Origin: Kiritimatiellia bacterium
GTDB lineage: Bacteria > Verrucomicrobiota > Kiritimatiellia > JAAZAB01
DNA: 64,000 bases
Assembly: GCA_040767085.1 (NCBI GenBank)
Contig: JAXGPF010000010.1
Coordinates: 160,001 to 224,000, forward strand
Direction: 5' to 3'
Shown piece by piece: positions 18,605 to 28,864 of the stretch; the first letter of the stretch is position 1, and each line of letters opens with the position of its first letter. The notes beneath the pieces were generated by a model. That model worked only from the letters and a program-made list of their open reading frames with translations, ran no database searches and was not told where the DNA came from. The translations under genes were made by a program, and so were the position numbers.

Positions 18605-21166
18605 ATGATGCCAATAAATGCTCCCCCGGAAAATCCGCCGCCGTCCGGCCGGCGTCTGGTCCGGATCGCCCTGGTTTATGGCGCCGGTATCTGGTGCGCG
18701 GCTTGGTTTGACCGCTGGGATTGGCGGTGGGTGCTGGCGGCGTCCGCCGCCATGCTGGCGGTATGCCTGGCGGCGCAATGGCTGCGCCCGGTCTGGTTGG
18801 CGCGCGCCGGCCTGTGGGCGGGCTGGTTTTTGGCCGCCTGGGGCTTGACGGGCGCGCGCTGGGATGCCGCCGGCCCGGAGCAGTTGGGCCGCCTGCTGCA
18901 GCGTGCCCGCGAGTCCGTGGAATTACAGGGGCGCATCGCCGGACAACCGGTTTTTTATCACGCCAAGGCGCGTTCCGCCGGCGCGGCGGAGCTGAGGGGA
19001 TTATGGCTCTTCGATTTTGATATATCGCATATCCGCCGGCTGCCGGATTGGCAGCCGGCGCGGGGGCGTGTGCGCGTTTTTTTAGCGGGCGCCGAAAGCC
19101 TGCAGCCGCAGAGCGGATCCGCATGGCGCCTGGCGGGCGCGTTGACGGATCATCTGTCTCTGCACTCGGAGCGGCGGCAATGGCAATGGTACTGGCCGGC
19201 CTCGCTCGGTCAGCCGTCCGCGCCGGCGCCCGCCGGGTGTCCACCCCGGGCATCGGCCGCCTTGAAAACAATGCGCCGTTATACCCTGCGAGCGGATCCG
19301 CGTTCGGCGCGCCTGGCGGCGGCGGCCAGCGCCTGGCAGCCCGGTCCGTATTTTCAGGCTTGGCGCCGGCGCGCCGGAGAGTTGCTCGCCCTGGGCTTGG
19401 CCGGCCGTCCGGATGTGGCCGCCATATTACGCGCATTGATATTGGGGTATGACGAGGAATTGCCGTCCGATTTGCGCCGGCGATTTGTCGCAACGGGCAC
19501 ATTTCACCTTTTTGCAATTTCCGGCACCCATATGGCGTTGCTGGCCCTGTTGGCGGCCGGCGTGCTGCGGCTGGCAGGAATCTCCCGGATTTATTGGTTT
19601 CTGGGGGTCGCGCCGGTGCTGGCGTTTTTCACCGCCATGGTTGGCGCGCCCGCCAGTGCGGTGCGCGGCAGTTTAATGGCTGGCCTCTGGCTGCTGGGGA
19701 TGCTGGTCGGGCGCCGCGGCGACGGGGTGTCCGCGCTGGCCCTGGCGGGATGGTTGATTTTGCTGTGCGCCCCCGCCCAGTTGTTTGCGCCTGGCTTCAT
19801 CCTTTCCTTTGTGACCGTCGCGGGCCTGATGTGCATCGCTCCTTTCTGCACACGGCTCCGGGCGGACGCGGCGCCGGCGCCGATTGACCCGGCGCGCAAA
19901 CGCTGGCGCGTTTGGATGCGCCAGGTCTGGCGCGCCTGCCTGTTCAGCACGGCGGCTTCCACGGCGGCGTGGCTGGCCGCCATGCCGTTGATGGCCTGCT
20001 GGTTCAACGTCTGGTCGCCTCTTTCCGCCCTGGCCAATGTGCCGGTCATACCGCTGGCCGGCATATCGCTGGGGCTGGGATTCCTGGCCATGCTTCTGGG
20101 CGGCCTGCATCCCGGGTTGGCCGCCGCCTGCAACTGGATGAATATTGCTCCGGTCATCCTGATGCGCGACTGGCTCGCATTCGTGCAGTCCATTCCCGGC
20201 TGCCAGCTGCTCGTCAGCAGCCCGCCGGTTTGGGCGATCTGCGCCTGGTATGCCGGATGGGGCATCCTGGTCTGGCGGCGGATCAAACTGACAGTTGCCC
20301 GGCGCGCCGCGCGGGCGGCTGCCGCCGATTCGTCATCTTCCAGCAAGTTACCGGCTGACCCGGCATACGGCGCGCTTGCGGATAAGCCGCGGCGCCAGTG
20401 GGACTGGCGCTTGCCGGCGGCGCTGGCCCTGATCGCAGTCTGGCCGGCCTGGGATTTCACCGATGGCTGCGCCGGCCGCGTTCAAATCATGAATGCCGGT
20501 GGAAGGGCAGTAGTCCTGGGGTGCGGACCGGGCCTGGTCCGCCGCGCCTTCTGGCTGGTCAACGCCGGCAACCTGCGCCAGGCGCGCCAGTTAAGGCAAA
20601 TGTTAGCCCAAGCCGGTGTGAACCGGTTGGACCTGTGGATGCTCTCCGGGATGGATGCCGGGAATGTCAATGCCGCCGCGGATTTGATCGAAAGCGGAGA
20701 ATTTAAGCCGGCCCGTACGGTTTATCCGGCCGGCGCGCCACGTTACCGCGTGTTTGCCGGCCTACTCCGGTGTCTGGCGCAGGCGGGAGCGCATTTAACA
20801 GAGGCAACCCAGGCCGTATCGGGCGAATTGGCCGGCAACCTGGTATGGCAAGCCCGGCCGGGTGCCGATGCGCCGGGCCGGATGACAGCGGAAACAGCTT
20901 GGGCGGCATGGGCTGCGGCAATAACGCCGGGCGATGCCGAAGGTCAGTTGCCCCCAAGGATTGCAATTGCACCGCGGCATGCAGCCGGGCCAGGCGGAGC
21001 AGGGGGACGGATGATCATCGAATGCGCGCCGCATGGTTTCGGGCCGCAATTCATGGCCGATGACGCGGAAAGCCGCGTGGCACTTGCGCCGGGACAAATG
21101 TTGACCTTGGACTTTACCAGGCAAGGCGTATGGGCGCGGTGGATGGGCAGCGCGGCTGGCAGGTAG
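18605..21166 (+). CDS. comEC: ComEC/Rec2 competence protein
   Basis: TGTFHLFAISGTH, SAVRG and GFILSF motifs; multiple TM segments; degenerate C-terminal beta-lactamase-like region. Confidence 0.87.
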   Translation: MMPINAPPENPPPSGRRLVRIALVYGAGIWCAAWFDRWDWRWVLAASAAMLAVCLAAQWLRPVWLARAGLWAGWFLAAWGLTGARWDAAGPEQLGRLLQRARESVELQGRIAGQPVFYHAKARSAGAAELRGLWLFDFDISHIRRLPDWQPARGRVRVFLAGAESLQPQSGSAWRLAGALTDHLSLHSERRQWQWYWPASLGQPSAPAPAGCPPRASAALKTMRRYTLRADPRSARLAAAASAWQPGPYFQAWRRRAGELLALGLAGRPDVAAILRALILGYDEELPSDLRRRFVATGTFHLFAISGTHMALLALLAAGVLRLAGISRIYWFLGVAPVLAFFTAMVGAPASAVRGSLMAGLWLLGMLVGRRGDGVSALALAGWLILLCAPAQLFAPGFILSFVTVAGLMCIAPFCTRLRADAAPAPIDPARKRWRVWMRQVWRACLFSTAASTAAWLAAMPLMACWFNVWSPLSALANVPVIPLAGISLGLGFLAMLLGGLHPGLAAACNWMNIAPVILMRDWLAFVQSIPGCQLLVSSPPVWAICAWYAGWGILVWRRIKLTVARRAARAAAADSSSSSKLPADPAYGALADKPRRQWDWRLPAALALIAVWPAWDFTDGCAGRVQIMNAGGRAVVLGCGPGLVRRAFWLVNAGNLRQARQLRQMLAQAGVNRLDLWMLSGMDAGNVNAAADLIESGEFKPARTVYPAGAPRYRVFAGLLRCLAQAGAHLTEATQAVSGELAGNLVWQARPGADAPGRMTAETAWAAWAAAITPGDAEGQLPPRIAIAPRHAAGPGGAGGRMIIECAPHGFGPQFMADDAESRVALAPGQMLTLDFTRQGVWARWMGSAAGR

Positions 21167-21407
21167 TGACGACCAGAAGTTACCACGAAAATTGGAATTG
21201 AAAAGATTTAAAGCAATCATGGAGCGTGTAAATTAATTTTTGCACGGTTATCTGCTGGCGATGCAAAATTCCGGGAAAACAATTTGCAGCAGCGGATTTT
21301 TCCCTTGCCTGAAATGCGTCGGAATTGTATAAGCCGCATGGTGATATGTGCTGGACGGCTGCATGGCAAAGCCGGACGGCATGCAAACCAACCGGAGGGA
21401 AGTGCGC

Positions 21408-22034
21408 ATGCAAATCATCGGAGTCTGCGGAAATTACCGGCCGGGCGGAGTGACGGAACGCTTGCTGGATGCGGCCCTGGAAGGCGCCCGCGCGGCTGGC
21501 GCTGCGGTGGACGTGCTGACACTGCGCGATCTCAATTTCGAATTCTGCCGGAACTGCAAGCATTGCTGGCAGTCGCCGGGAGACGGACCGGCGGCGGATT
21601 GCGTCATCCGGGACGATCTCACACCCTGGCTGGAGCGGATCGCTGCCGCCGATGGCTTGATCCTGGCCGCGCCCGTGAATTTCGGGTCGCTCACGGCGCT
21701 GTTCAAGAAATTCCAGGAGCGTTGCCTGGTGCTGACCCGGCTCAACCCGTTGACCGGCCTCCCGCGCCGGCTGGCTGGCGTGCCGGCAGTGCCGGCTGCG
21801 CGTTACCGCGGCCGGCCGCGCCCGATGCTGTGCCTGACTGCTTCCGGTGCGCCGGCGTGGGTAGGGCGGCTCATGATGCCCTGCGCCCGGAAGCAATTCC
21901 GGGCGCTGGGAGAGGCTTGGGGCGGCCGGATCGCGGGCTTGATCTGGGCCGGCGGCAGCATGGCCCCGGGGCATCTGCCGGAAGACCGCCTGTTAGCCGC
22001 GGCCCGCGCGGCCGGAGCGTGCCTGTCGGATTGA
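21408..22034 (+). CDS. Flavodoxin family / NADPH-dependent FMN reductase (iron-sulfur flavoprotein-like)
   Basis: R.GG.T, CRNCKHC...CVIRDD and AAPVNFG motifs. Confidence 0.85.
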   Translation: MQIIGVCGNYRPGGVTERLLDAALEGARAAGAAVDVLTLRDLNFEFCRNCKHCWQSPGDGPAADCVIRDDLTPWLERIAAADGLILAAPVNFGSLTALFKKFQERCLVLTRLNPLTGLPRRLAGVPAVPAARYRGRPRPMLCLTASGAPAWVGRLMMPCARKQFRALGEAWGGRIAGLIWAGGSMAPGHLPEDRLLAAARAAGACLSD

Positions 22035-22237
22035 GAAGGGAATAGTTTCACGGCGGAATCCTCCTCTTTGCCAGAGTGGCCTGGCCAACTCGACAAGTTA
22101 ATCAATAATACCTGAAATCGGTTTTGATATGCAATGGCATTTTCCGGCCGCCCCGGCATTCGGATTTTGGCTGCTGTGCTGCCGGTCGGGTTTGAACCAG
22201 CCCCTTCCAAATCACGCCATGGCGTTATTGCGGTCTT

Positions 22238-22262
22238 GGAGGGACGACTTCCACGTCGTCCG
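22238..22262 (+). repeat. Single REP-like palindrome
   Basis: GGAG followed by the GGACGAC-TTCCAC-GTCGTCC hairpin in intergenic DNA. Confidence 0.45.
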
Positions 22263-22405
22263 TGTATCAGGCGAATTGCGGCCTGGTCGGGCTGAATGCT
22301 AGACATCTCAAGTAATATCTGCTAAACACCTGCAAAACGCACCCAACCCGGCGCGGCGGTGCGGCCGGGCCTTTTACTATGAACATCGATAGCGGCTTTG
22401 GCAAA

Positions 22406-23731
22406 ATGAAGGCAAAACTGTTTTTGAAAAGCGCGGCCGGCATGCTGGCCTGTATCCTGGCGCAGGGGATCGCCGCCGGCGCCGAATATGCCCTGCATGT
22501 TCAAACGTGCAAACCGGAAGCGCTCTATGCGGTCGGCGAAAAGATCGTTTTCAGCGTGATGCTCACCGCGGACGGGGCGCCCTTGCCCGGCCAGACCGTG
22601 AACTATGCCATCACGCGCAACGGCCGCCGCGATCCTGTCCGAGGCGCCATCACTTCCGCGGTAACGCCGGCTTCAATTGCAACGGTCATGGATAACCCGG
22701 GTTTTGCGCTATGCGCGGCGACCTTCACTGCGCCCACCGGCCAGACGGTGCGCGGGCTGGCCGGTGCCGGCGCCGCTCCCCTGGAGATCAAGCCCGGCCT
22801 TGAATTGCATGATGAGTTCGACCGATTCTGGGATGCCCAAAAAGCGGCGCTCGAGAAGCTTCCGCTGGAATTCAGCCTGGAACCCGTTCCCGCGCCCGCC
22901 GGGTATGCGGGGAAGGTGGAATGTTTCGATATCAAGGTCAATTGTCCTGGCGCCAAGCCGGTTTCCGGGTATTTGGCCAAACCCGTCCAGACGGTGAAAG
23001 CATCACTGCCGGCCATCGTCACCTATCACGGGGCGGGGGTGCGAAGCGCGAAAATCGAATTGGCCTGCTCCTGGGCGGAGAAAGGCATGCTCGCGCTCGA
23101 TATCAATGCGCACGGCATCGCCAATGGGCAACCCCCGGAGTTTTACGACCGCCTTAACACCACGGACTTGAAAGGTTATCCGCATTTAAACAAGGGTGAC
23201 CGTGAAAAGTGTTATTTTCTGGGCATGTTCCAGCGGGTTTACCGGTCGCTGCAGTTTATCAAAAAACAGCCCGAATGGGACGGCAAATGCCTGGTCACCC
23301 GCGGCAGCAGCCAGGGTGGCGGGCAGTCTATCGCGGCCGCCGGATTGGATTCGCAGGTCACTTTTTGCGCGGCGCTGGTGCCAGCCCTTTGCGACCATTA
23401 CGGCTATCTTGCCGGACGGGCGAATGGCTGGCCGCGGCTCATCGCGGTTGATCAATCCGGCCAACCGGCGCAGGTGGATGTCGTCGCCGCGGCCAAATAC
23501 TTTGACGGCGTGAATTTTGCCGCGCGGATCAGGGCGGAGGCGATCTTTACCGCCGGGTTGATTGACAACACCTGCTGTCCGTCTTCCGTCTACTCCGCTT
23601 ATAACTGTGTTCCCGGCCGGAAAGCCATCTTCAACAATCCGCGCTTCGGCCACCATAATCCGCCGGAAGCCGAGCAGGCCGTGGACCAGGCCATTGACGC
23701 GCATGTCTGGGCCATGCGCGCGCGAAAATAA
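22406..23731 (+). CDS. Acetylxylan esterase-like (CE7) alpha/beta hydrolase, exported
   Basis: Signal peptide, HGAG, GSSQGG, D..CCP..VY.AYN and GH motifs. Confidence 0.85.
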   Translation: MKAKLFLKSAAGMLACILAQGIAAGAEYALHVQTCKPEALYAVGEKIVFSVMLTADGAPLPGQTVNYAITRNGRRDPVRGAITSAVTPASIATVMDNPGFALCAATFTAPTGQTVRGLAGAGAAPLEIKPGLELHDEFDRFWDAQKAALEKLPLEFSLEPVPAPAGYAGKVECFDIKVNCPGAKPVSGYLAKPVQTVKASLPAIVTYHGAGVRSAKIELACSWAEKGMLALDINAHGIANGQPPEFYDRLNTTDLKGYPHLNKGDREKCYFLGMFQRVYRSLQFIKKQPEWDGKCLVTRGSSQGGGQSIAAAGLDSQVTFCAALVPALCDHYGYLAGRANGWPRLIAVDQSGQPAQVDVVAAAKYFDGVNFAARIRAEAIFTAGLIDNTCCPSSVYSAYNCVPGRKAIFNNPRFGHHNPPEAEQAVDQAIDAHVWAMRARK

Positions 23732-23752
23732 CGCCGCCCGCCGCGGACGCCG

Positions 23753-25201
23753 TCAGGCCAGGCTGGCCAGATCCATGTTGCGGGCGGCGGCTACTTCATC
23801 CAGCCGGCCGATTTCGGTGGTGGCGGGCGCCGCATGCAACGCGTCGGAATTGGTACGCGCGATTTCCGCCAGTTCGGCCATGACCTCGGCGAAGCGGTCC
23901 AGGGTTTCGCGCGTCTCGGTTTCCGTGGGCTCCACCATCATGGCTTCCGGAACGATCAGCGGGAAATAAACCGTGGGCGGGTGGATGCCGCGGTCAATCA
24001 GGGCCTTGGCGAAATCCATGGCGCGCGCGCCGCCGGCTTGCCGGGGATCGACGCTGAGGACGAACTCGTGCATGCAGGGGCCGGAGTAATTGGCGGCGAA
24101 ATGCTTGCGGAGCTTCTCGAGCAGGTAATTGGCGTTCAGCACGGCATGGTTGCTGACCGCGCGCAAGCCCTCGCGGCCGATCATCAGGCAGTAGGCGTAA
24201 GTCCGCACGAGCACGCCGAAATTGCCGTAAAAGGGCGCGACGTAGCCGATGCTTTTGGGGTAATCGTAGTCCAGGGCGAATGCGCCGTCCGTCCGCTTGA
24301 TCACGCGGGAGATCGGCAGGTACGGCCGCAGCCGTTCGACGACGCCCACCGGGCCGGCGCCCGGCCCGCCGCCGCCGTGCGGCGTGGAGAATGTCTTATG
24401 CAGATTGAGGTGGCAGACGTCGAATCCCATGTCCGCCGGCTTGCACCGGCCGAGGATGGCGTTGAAATTGGCGCCATCGTAATACATCAGGCCGCCGGCG
24501 TCATGCACCAGCCCGGCGATCTGTTCCACGTCCGGCTCGAACAGCCCCAGGGTGTTGGGATTGGTCATCATCATGCCGGCGGTGTGTTCGTTCAGCGCGG
24601 CTTTGAGGGCTTCGACATCCACCGTACCGCGCGCATTGGACGGGATGGTCACGACTTCAAACCCGGCCAGCGCGGCGCTGGCGGGATTGGTGCCATGGGC
24701 CGAGTCGGGAATGAGGATTTGCTTTTTTTGCCGGCCCTGGTCGCGCTGCCAGGCCGCCATGATCATGGCGCCGGTGAGTTCCCCATGCGCGCCGGCCAGC
24801 GGCTGGAGCGTGAATTCGCGCATGCCGGTGATTTCGGACAGCAGGCGTTCGGTTTCATACAGCAGGCGCAACGCGCCCTGGGTCAGCCGCCCTCCGTGGC
24901 TTAATTGCGGCCACAGCGGATGAATCTGGGCAAACCCCGGCAGCGCCGCCGCGGCTTCGCAAGCCTTGGGGTTGTACTTCATAGTGCAGGAGCCCAGCGG
25001 GTAGAAGTTGGTGTCCACCGAAAAATTCCGGCGCGAGAGATTGGTGAAATGGCGGACGACTTCCAATTCCGACGCTTCCGGCAGCGCCGGCGGCGCTTCC
25101 CGGAGAAATTTACGGTCAATCAAGTCCCGCACCGGTACGGTCAGGCGCGGTGCGCGGGCCGCGCGCCGGCCGGGAACGCTTTTTTCGTAGATCAGTTGCA
25201 T
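23753..25201 (-). CDS. gcvPB: Glycine dehydrogenase (decarboxylating) subunit 2
   Basis: YPLGSCTMKYNP and HLNLHKTFSTPHGGGGPG motifs. Confidence 0.96.
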   Translation of the reverse strand: MQLIYEKSVPGRRAARAPRLTVPVRDLIDRKFLREAPPALPEASELEVVRHFTNLSRRNFSVDTNFYPLGSCTMKYNPKACEAAAALPGFAQIHPLWPQLSHGGRLTQGALRLLYETERLLSEITGMREFTLQPLAGAHGELTGAMIMAAWQRDQGRQKKQILIPDSAHGTNPASAALAGFEVVTIPSNARGTVDVEALKAALNEHTAGMMMTNPNTLGLFEPDVEQIAGLVHDAGGLMYYDGANFNAILGRCKPADMGFDVCHLNLHKTFSTPHGGGGPGAGPVGVVERLRPYLPISRVIKRTDGAFALDYDYPKSIGYVAPFYGNFGVLVRTYAYCLMIGREGLRAVSNHAVLNANYLLEKLRKHFAANYSGPCMHEFVLSVDPRQAGGARAMDFAKALIDRGIHPPTVYFPLIVPEAMMVEPTETETRETLDRFAEVMAELAEIARTNSDALHAAPATTEIGRLDEVAAARNMDLASLA

Positions 25202-25221
25202 TTTAATCCCTTCCGGTAAAA

Positions 25222-26562
25222 TCAAAGCGCCGCTTCCAGGGCGGCGGCGAAAATGTCAATTTCTTCCTTGGTGCGTTTTTCCGTGAAAGCCAGCAGCAGT
25301 TCCCGATCCATGCCCGGATAATACCGCGCCACCGGGAAGCCCGCGGCGAAACCTTTGTCAATCATGGCGCTGACGACGTCGGCGGCGTGGACCGGCAGTG
25401 TCAGGCAGAATTCGTTGAAGAAATAATGCCGGTAAGTGGGCGTCACGCCGGGAATGGCGGTGAGTTTCCCCCAGGCATAGGCGGCATTGGCCGCGCAGAT
25501 TTCCGCCGTCTCCGCCAGCCCGTGTTTCCCCAGCAGGCAGAGGTAGATCAGCGCGCGCAGCGCGCAGAGCGCCTGGTTGGAGCAGATGTTGGACGTGGCT
25601 TTTTCCCGGCGGATGTGCTGTTCGCGCGCTTGCAGCGTCAACACGAATCCGCGGCGCCCCCGGGCGTCCTTCGTCGCGCCCACCAGCCGGCCGGGCATTT
25701 TATGCACGTGCTTCGCGAGGGTGGCCATGAAGCCCAGGTAGGGTCCGCCGAAGGAAAGCGGCAGGCCCAGGCTCTGGCCCTCGCCGGTGACAATATCGGC
25801 GCCCATCGCACCCGGCGGACGCAGCAGCCCGAGAGACAGCGGATAAACGGACATGATGCCCAGCGCGCCGGCGGCATGCGCGGCGCCGATGATGTCCGTG
25901 AAATCATCCAGGCAGCCGAAGAAATTCGGGTTCTGCAGGATGACCGCCGCCGTGTTGCGGTCCAGCATCCCGGTCAGCGCGGCGCGGTCCGCCAGGCCGC
26001 TTTTCAGGGGCACTTCCCGGAATTCGAAATCCAGGTTAGCGGAGAGGCACTTGAGCATGGCGCGGTAAATGGGGTTGACGCCGGCGTCTATCAGCACCCG
26101 GCGGCGGCGGGTGATGCGGAAGGCCATCATGATCGCCTCGAACAGGGCCGTGCCGCCGTCGTAAAGCGAGGCATTGGCGACCTCCATGCCCGTCAAGCGG
26201 CAGATGGCGCTTTGGTATTCATAGATGGCCTGGAGGGTGCCCTGTGAAATCTCGGGCTGGTAGGGCGTGTATGCGGTGAAAAATTCCGCGCGGCCCGCCA
26301 GTGCGTCCACCGCGGCCGGGATGAAGTGGTCGTAGAACCCGCCGCCGCAGAAGTTGACCAGTTGCGTGGCATTGGCGCCGGCGAGGCGTTGGAGCTTGCC
26401 GGCCATTTCCATTTCGGAGACGCCCGTCGGGATATTGAAGCCGGCCGTCTGGAGACCGGCGGGGATATCGCGGAATAACTGTTCGAAATCGGCCAGGCCG
26501 ATCGCGTGCAGCATTTCCCGGGCTTCGTCGGCGCCCGGGGCGTGGAAGAGAGTTGCGCTCAT
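25222..26562 (-). CDS. gcvPA: Glycine dehydrogenase (decarboxylating) subunit 1
   Basis: TAYTPYQPEISQG and REQHIRREKATSNIC motifs. Confidence 0.96.
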   Translation of the reverse strand: MSATLFHAPGADEAREMLHAIGLADFEQLFRDIPAGLQTAGFNIPTGVSEMEMAGKLQRLAGANATQLVNFCGGGFYDHFIPAAVDALAGRAEFFTAYTPYQPEISQGTLQAIYEYQSAICRLTGMEVANASLYDGGTALFEAIMMAFRITRRRRVLIDAGVNPIYRAMLKCLSANLDFEFREVPLKSGLADRAALTGMLDRNTAAVILQNPNFFGCLDDFTDIIGAAHAAGALGIMSVYPLSLGLLRPPGAMGADIVTGEGQSLGLPLSFGGPYLGFMATLAKHVHKMPGRLVGATKDARGRRGFVLTLQAREQHIRREKATSNICSNQALCALRALIYLCLLGKHGLAETAEICAANAAYAWGKLTAIPGVTPTYRHYFFNEFCLTLPVHAADVVSAMIDKGFAAGFPVARYYPGMDRELLLAFTEKRTKEEIDIFAAALEAAL

Positions 26563-26590
26563 GATTGCTCCTGGATTGATAAAAATGTTT

Positions 26591-27685
26591 TCAGGCCGGC
26601 GGCGTTTTCCGGCGTGCGGTGCCGCCGGTGTAGAGGGGCAGGGGGGCCACTACCGCCGGCAGCCGGCGGCCGCGGGCTGAAATTTCCAGTTGCCGCCCGG
26701 GCGCGGCGCAGGCGCGGTCCACATACGCCAGCGCCGCCGCCCGGTTGAGGCTGGGGGCGAACAAGCCGCTGGTGACCGCGCCGGCTTCCGCGTCGCCGCT
26801 GAACACGATGTCGCCCGGGCGCGCGGCCATGCGGCCCGGCAGCAGCAGGCCCACCAGGTCGCGGCGCCGGTCATCTTCCAGTTCCCGCCGCACGGCGTCG
26901 CGCCCGATGAAGTTTTTATCGAAATTCATGAAACGGCCCTGCGACGCCCCGGCGGGCGTCCGCTGGCGGCTCAATTCATGCCCGTAGAGGGCGTAACCCG
27001 CTTCCAGGCGCAGGGTATCGCGCGCGCCCAAGCCCGCGGGTTTGATCGCGCCCGCGCCCAGCAGCAGGCGCCAGAAATGGCGCACCCGCGCGGCGGGCAG
27101 AAACAGTTCGTAACCCCATTCGCCGGTGTAACCCGTCCGGCTGAGCAGGCAGGGCGTATCCTGCCAGACGACTTCCTGGAAGCGGAAATATTTCAAGTCC
27201 GGCACCTGGCCCGGGAAAATTTCCGCCAGCGCCGCGTGGGAACGCGGGCCCTGGATGTCCAGCTTGGCGGTATCCGGCGAGCAATCCAGGAAGGTGGTGT
27301 TGCTGGAGACATGCTCGCGGATCCAGGCGGCATCGCCGGCCGCCGTGCCGGCGTTGACCACCAGCCAGAACCGGTCGGCGCCCATGCGGAAGCAGATCAA
27401 GTCGTCAATCACCCCGCCGCGCTCGTCCAGCAGGTAACCGTATGCGCCCGCGCCGGCGGGGATGGCCGCAATGGATTGCGTCAGCAGGCGTTCCAGGTCC
27501 GCTTCCGCGCCCGGGCCGCGCAATTCGAATTCGCCCATGTGGCAGATGTCGAAAACCGTGGCCTGGCTGCGGGTGGATTGGTGCTCGGGGATGATGCCGG
27601 TGTAGAGCAGCGGCATCTCCCAGCCGGCGAAGTCCACCATGCGGGCCTTCAAACCGGTGTGTTCTTCGTAAAGCGGTGTTCTCAT
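26591..27685 (-). CDS. gcvT: Glycine cleavage system aminomethyltransferase T
   Basis: RTPLY..H, FDICHMG, RTGYTGE and GLGARDTLRLEAG motifs. Confidence 0.96.
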   Translation of the reverse strand: MRTPLYEEHTGLKARMVDFAGWEMPLLYTGIIPEHQSTRSQATVFDICHMGEFELRGPGAEADLERLLTQSIAAIPAGAGAYGYLLDERGGVIDDLICFRMGADRFWLVVNAGTAAGDAAWIREHVSSNTTFLDCSPDTAKLDIQGPRSHAALAEIFPGQVPDLKYFRFQEVVWQDTPCLLSRTGYTGEWGYELFLPAARVRHFWRLLLGAGAIKPAGLGARDTLRLEAGYALYGHELSRQRTPAGASQGRFMNFDKNFIGRDAVRRELEDDRRRDLVGLLLPGRMAARPGDIVFSGDAEAGAVTSGLFAPSLNRAAALAYVDRACAAPGRQLEISARGRRLPAVVAPLPLYTGGTARRKTPPA

Positions 27686-27856
27686 GCGAACCCCCAAGGT
27701 TGTTGGAACGACGGCCATGAATTGAAAAATTTTAATTTATGATACCAGAATCCCGGTTTGATTTTCAAGCTTATCTTTCGGTTTCGATGCTTGACGCTGC
27801 CGGGGCGATTCAGTAGCATGTTGCACGTAAACCGATTGAGGATTGAGGAGACGCGC

Positions 27857-28192
27857 ATGCATTTCACCGATCGGCAGGAGGGCCGGGTGGCCGTGGTGGC
27901 GGCGGGGGGACGGATGGATGCCCCCGGGGCGCCGCTGATGGAACAGCATTTGCGGCATTTGGCGGACGAAGGCCGGACGCGGGTGGTGGTGGATTGCGCG
28001 GATTTGGAATACGTCAGCAGCGCCGGCTTGCGGGTATTCCTGGCCGCGGCCCGGCAGGCCCGGAACGCCGATGGCGCCTTTGCGCTGGCCAGCATGCCCA
28101 GGAGCGTCCGCGAGATTTTCGATATCGCCGGATTTTCGGCGATCATACCCATTTTTAATACGGTGGCGGAGGCCGTGCAGGCCTGCAGCTGA
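27857..28192 (+). CDS. STAS-domain anti-sigma factor antagonist
   Basis: GRMD and LEYVSSAGLRV motifs. Confidence 0.9.
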   Translation: MHFTDRQEGRVAVVAAGGRMDAPGAPLMEQHLRHLADEGRTRVVVDCADLEYVSSAGLRVFLAAARQARNADGAFALASMPRSVREIFDIAGFSAIIPIFNTVAEAVQACS

Positions 28193-28212
28193 AACAAACA
28201 GGAGAATGTATC

Positions 28213-28863
28213 ATGTTGACCTTTGCCGAGGAAATTCTGTTGCTGGCGCTGGACGATCAGCAGGGCGTGATCAAGCCCCTGCCGGTGTCCGCCATGGAAT
28301 ACGCTTTGTCGGGCGCTGTGCTGATGGATCTGGCGTTGGCGAACCGGATTGACACGGACTTGAAACAACTGCGCGTAGTGGACGGCGCTCCCACCGGCGA
28401 CGAGATCCTGGACGAGACGCTGAAGATTCTGCAATCCCAGCCGGCGCCGCAGACTACCACCCACTGGCTGAGCTACCTGGCCGGGCAGGCGAAGGATTTG
28501 CAGGACCGGGTCCTCAAGCGGCTGGTGAAGAAGGGCATCCTGAAACTGGAAAACCGCAAAATTCTCTGGGTGTTCCAGGTGCGCCGATATCCCTTGCAGG
28601 ACAACCGGGAAGTCAAGGAAGTCAAAACCCGTCTGCGGGAGTTAATCATGAGCAGCGAAATTCCCGACGCCCGCGAGGCGGTGTTGATCGGCCTGGTGAA
28701 CGCCTGCCGCCTGTTTGACGAAATATTTTCCGAGACGGAGTTGGACAAGTATCGCCCGCGGATCGCCGCTTTGGCCAAGTTGGACCTGATCGGCCAGGAG
28801 GTGGCGCGCTCCATTCATGAAATCGCCCAGGCCATGGCGCTGGCCATGCCGATGATGGTGTGA
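28213..28863 (+). CDS. GPP34 (Golgi phosphoprotein 3-like) family protein
   Basis: LTFAEEILLLALDD, ALSGAVLMDLAL..RI, PTGDEILD, RLVKKGIL and RRYP motifs. Confidence 0.85.
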   Translation: MLTFAEEILLLALDDQQGVIKPLPVSAMEYALSGAVLMDLALANRIDTDLKQLRVVDGAPTGDEILDETLKILQSQPAPQTTTHWLSYLAGQAKDLQDRVLKRLVKKGILKLENRKILWVFQVRRYPLQDNREVKEVKTRLRELIMSSEIPDAREAVLIGLVNACRLFDEIFSETELDKYRPRIAALAKLDLIGQEVARSIHEIAQAMALAMPMMV

Positions 28864-28864
28864 A

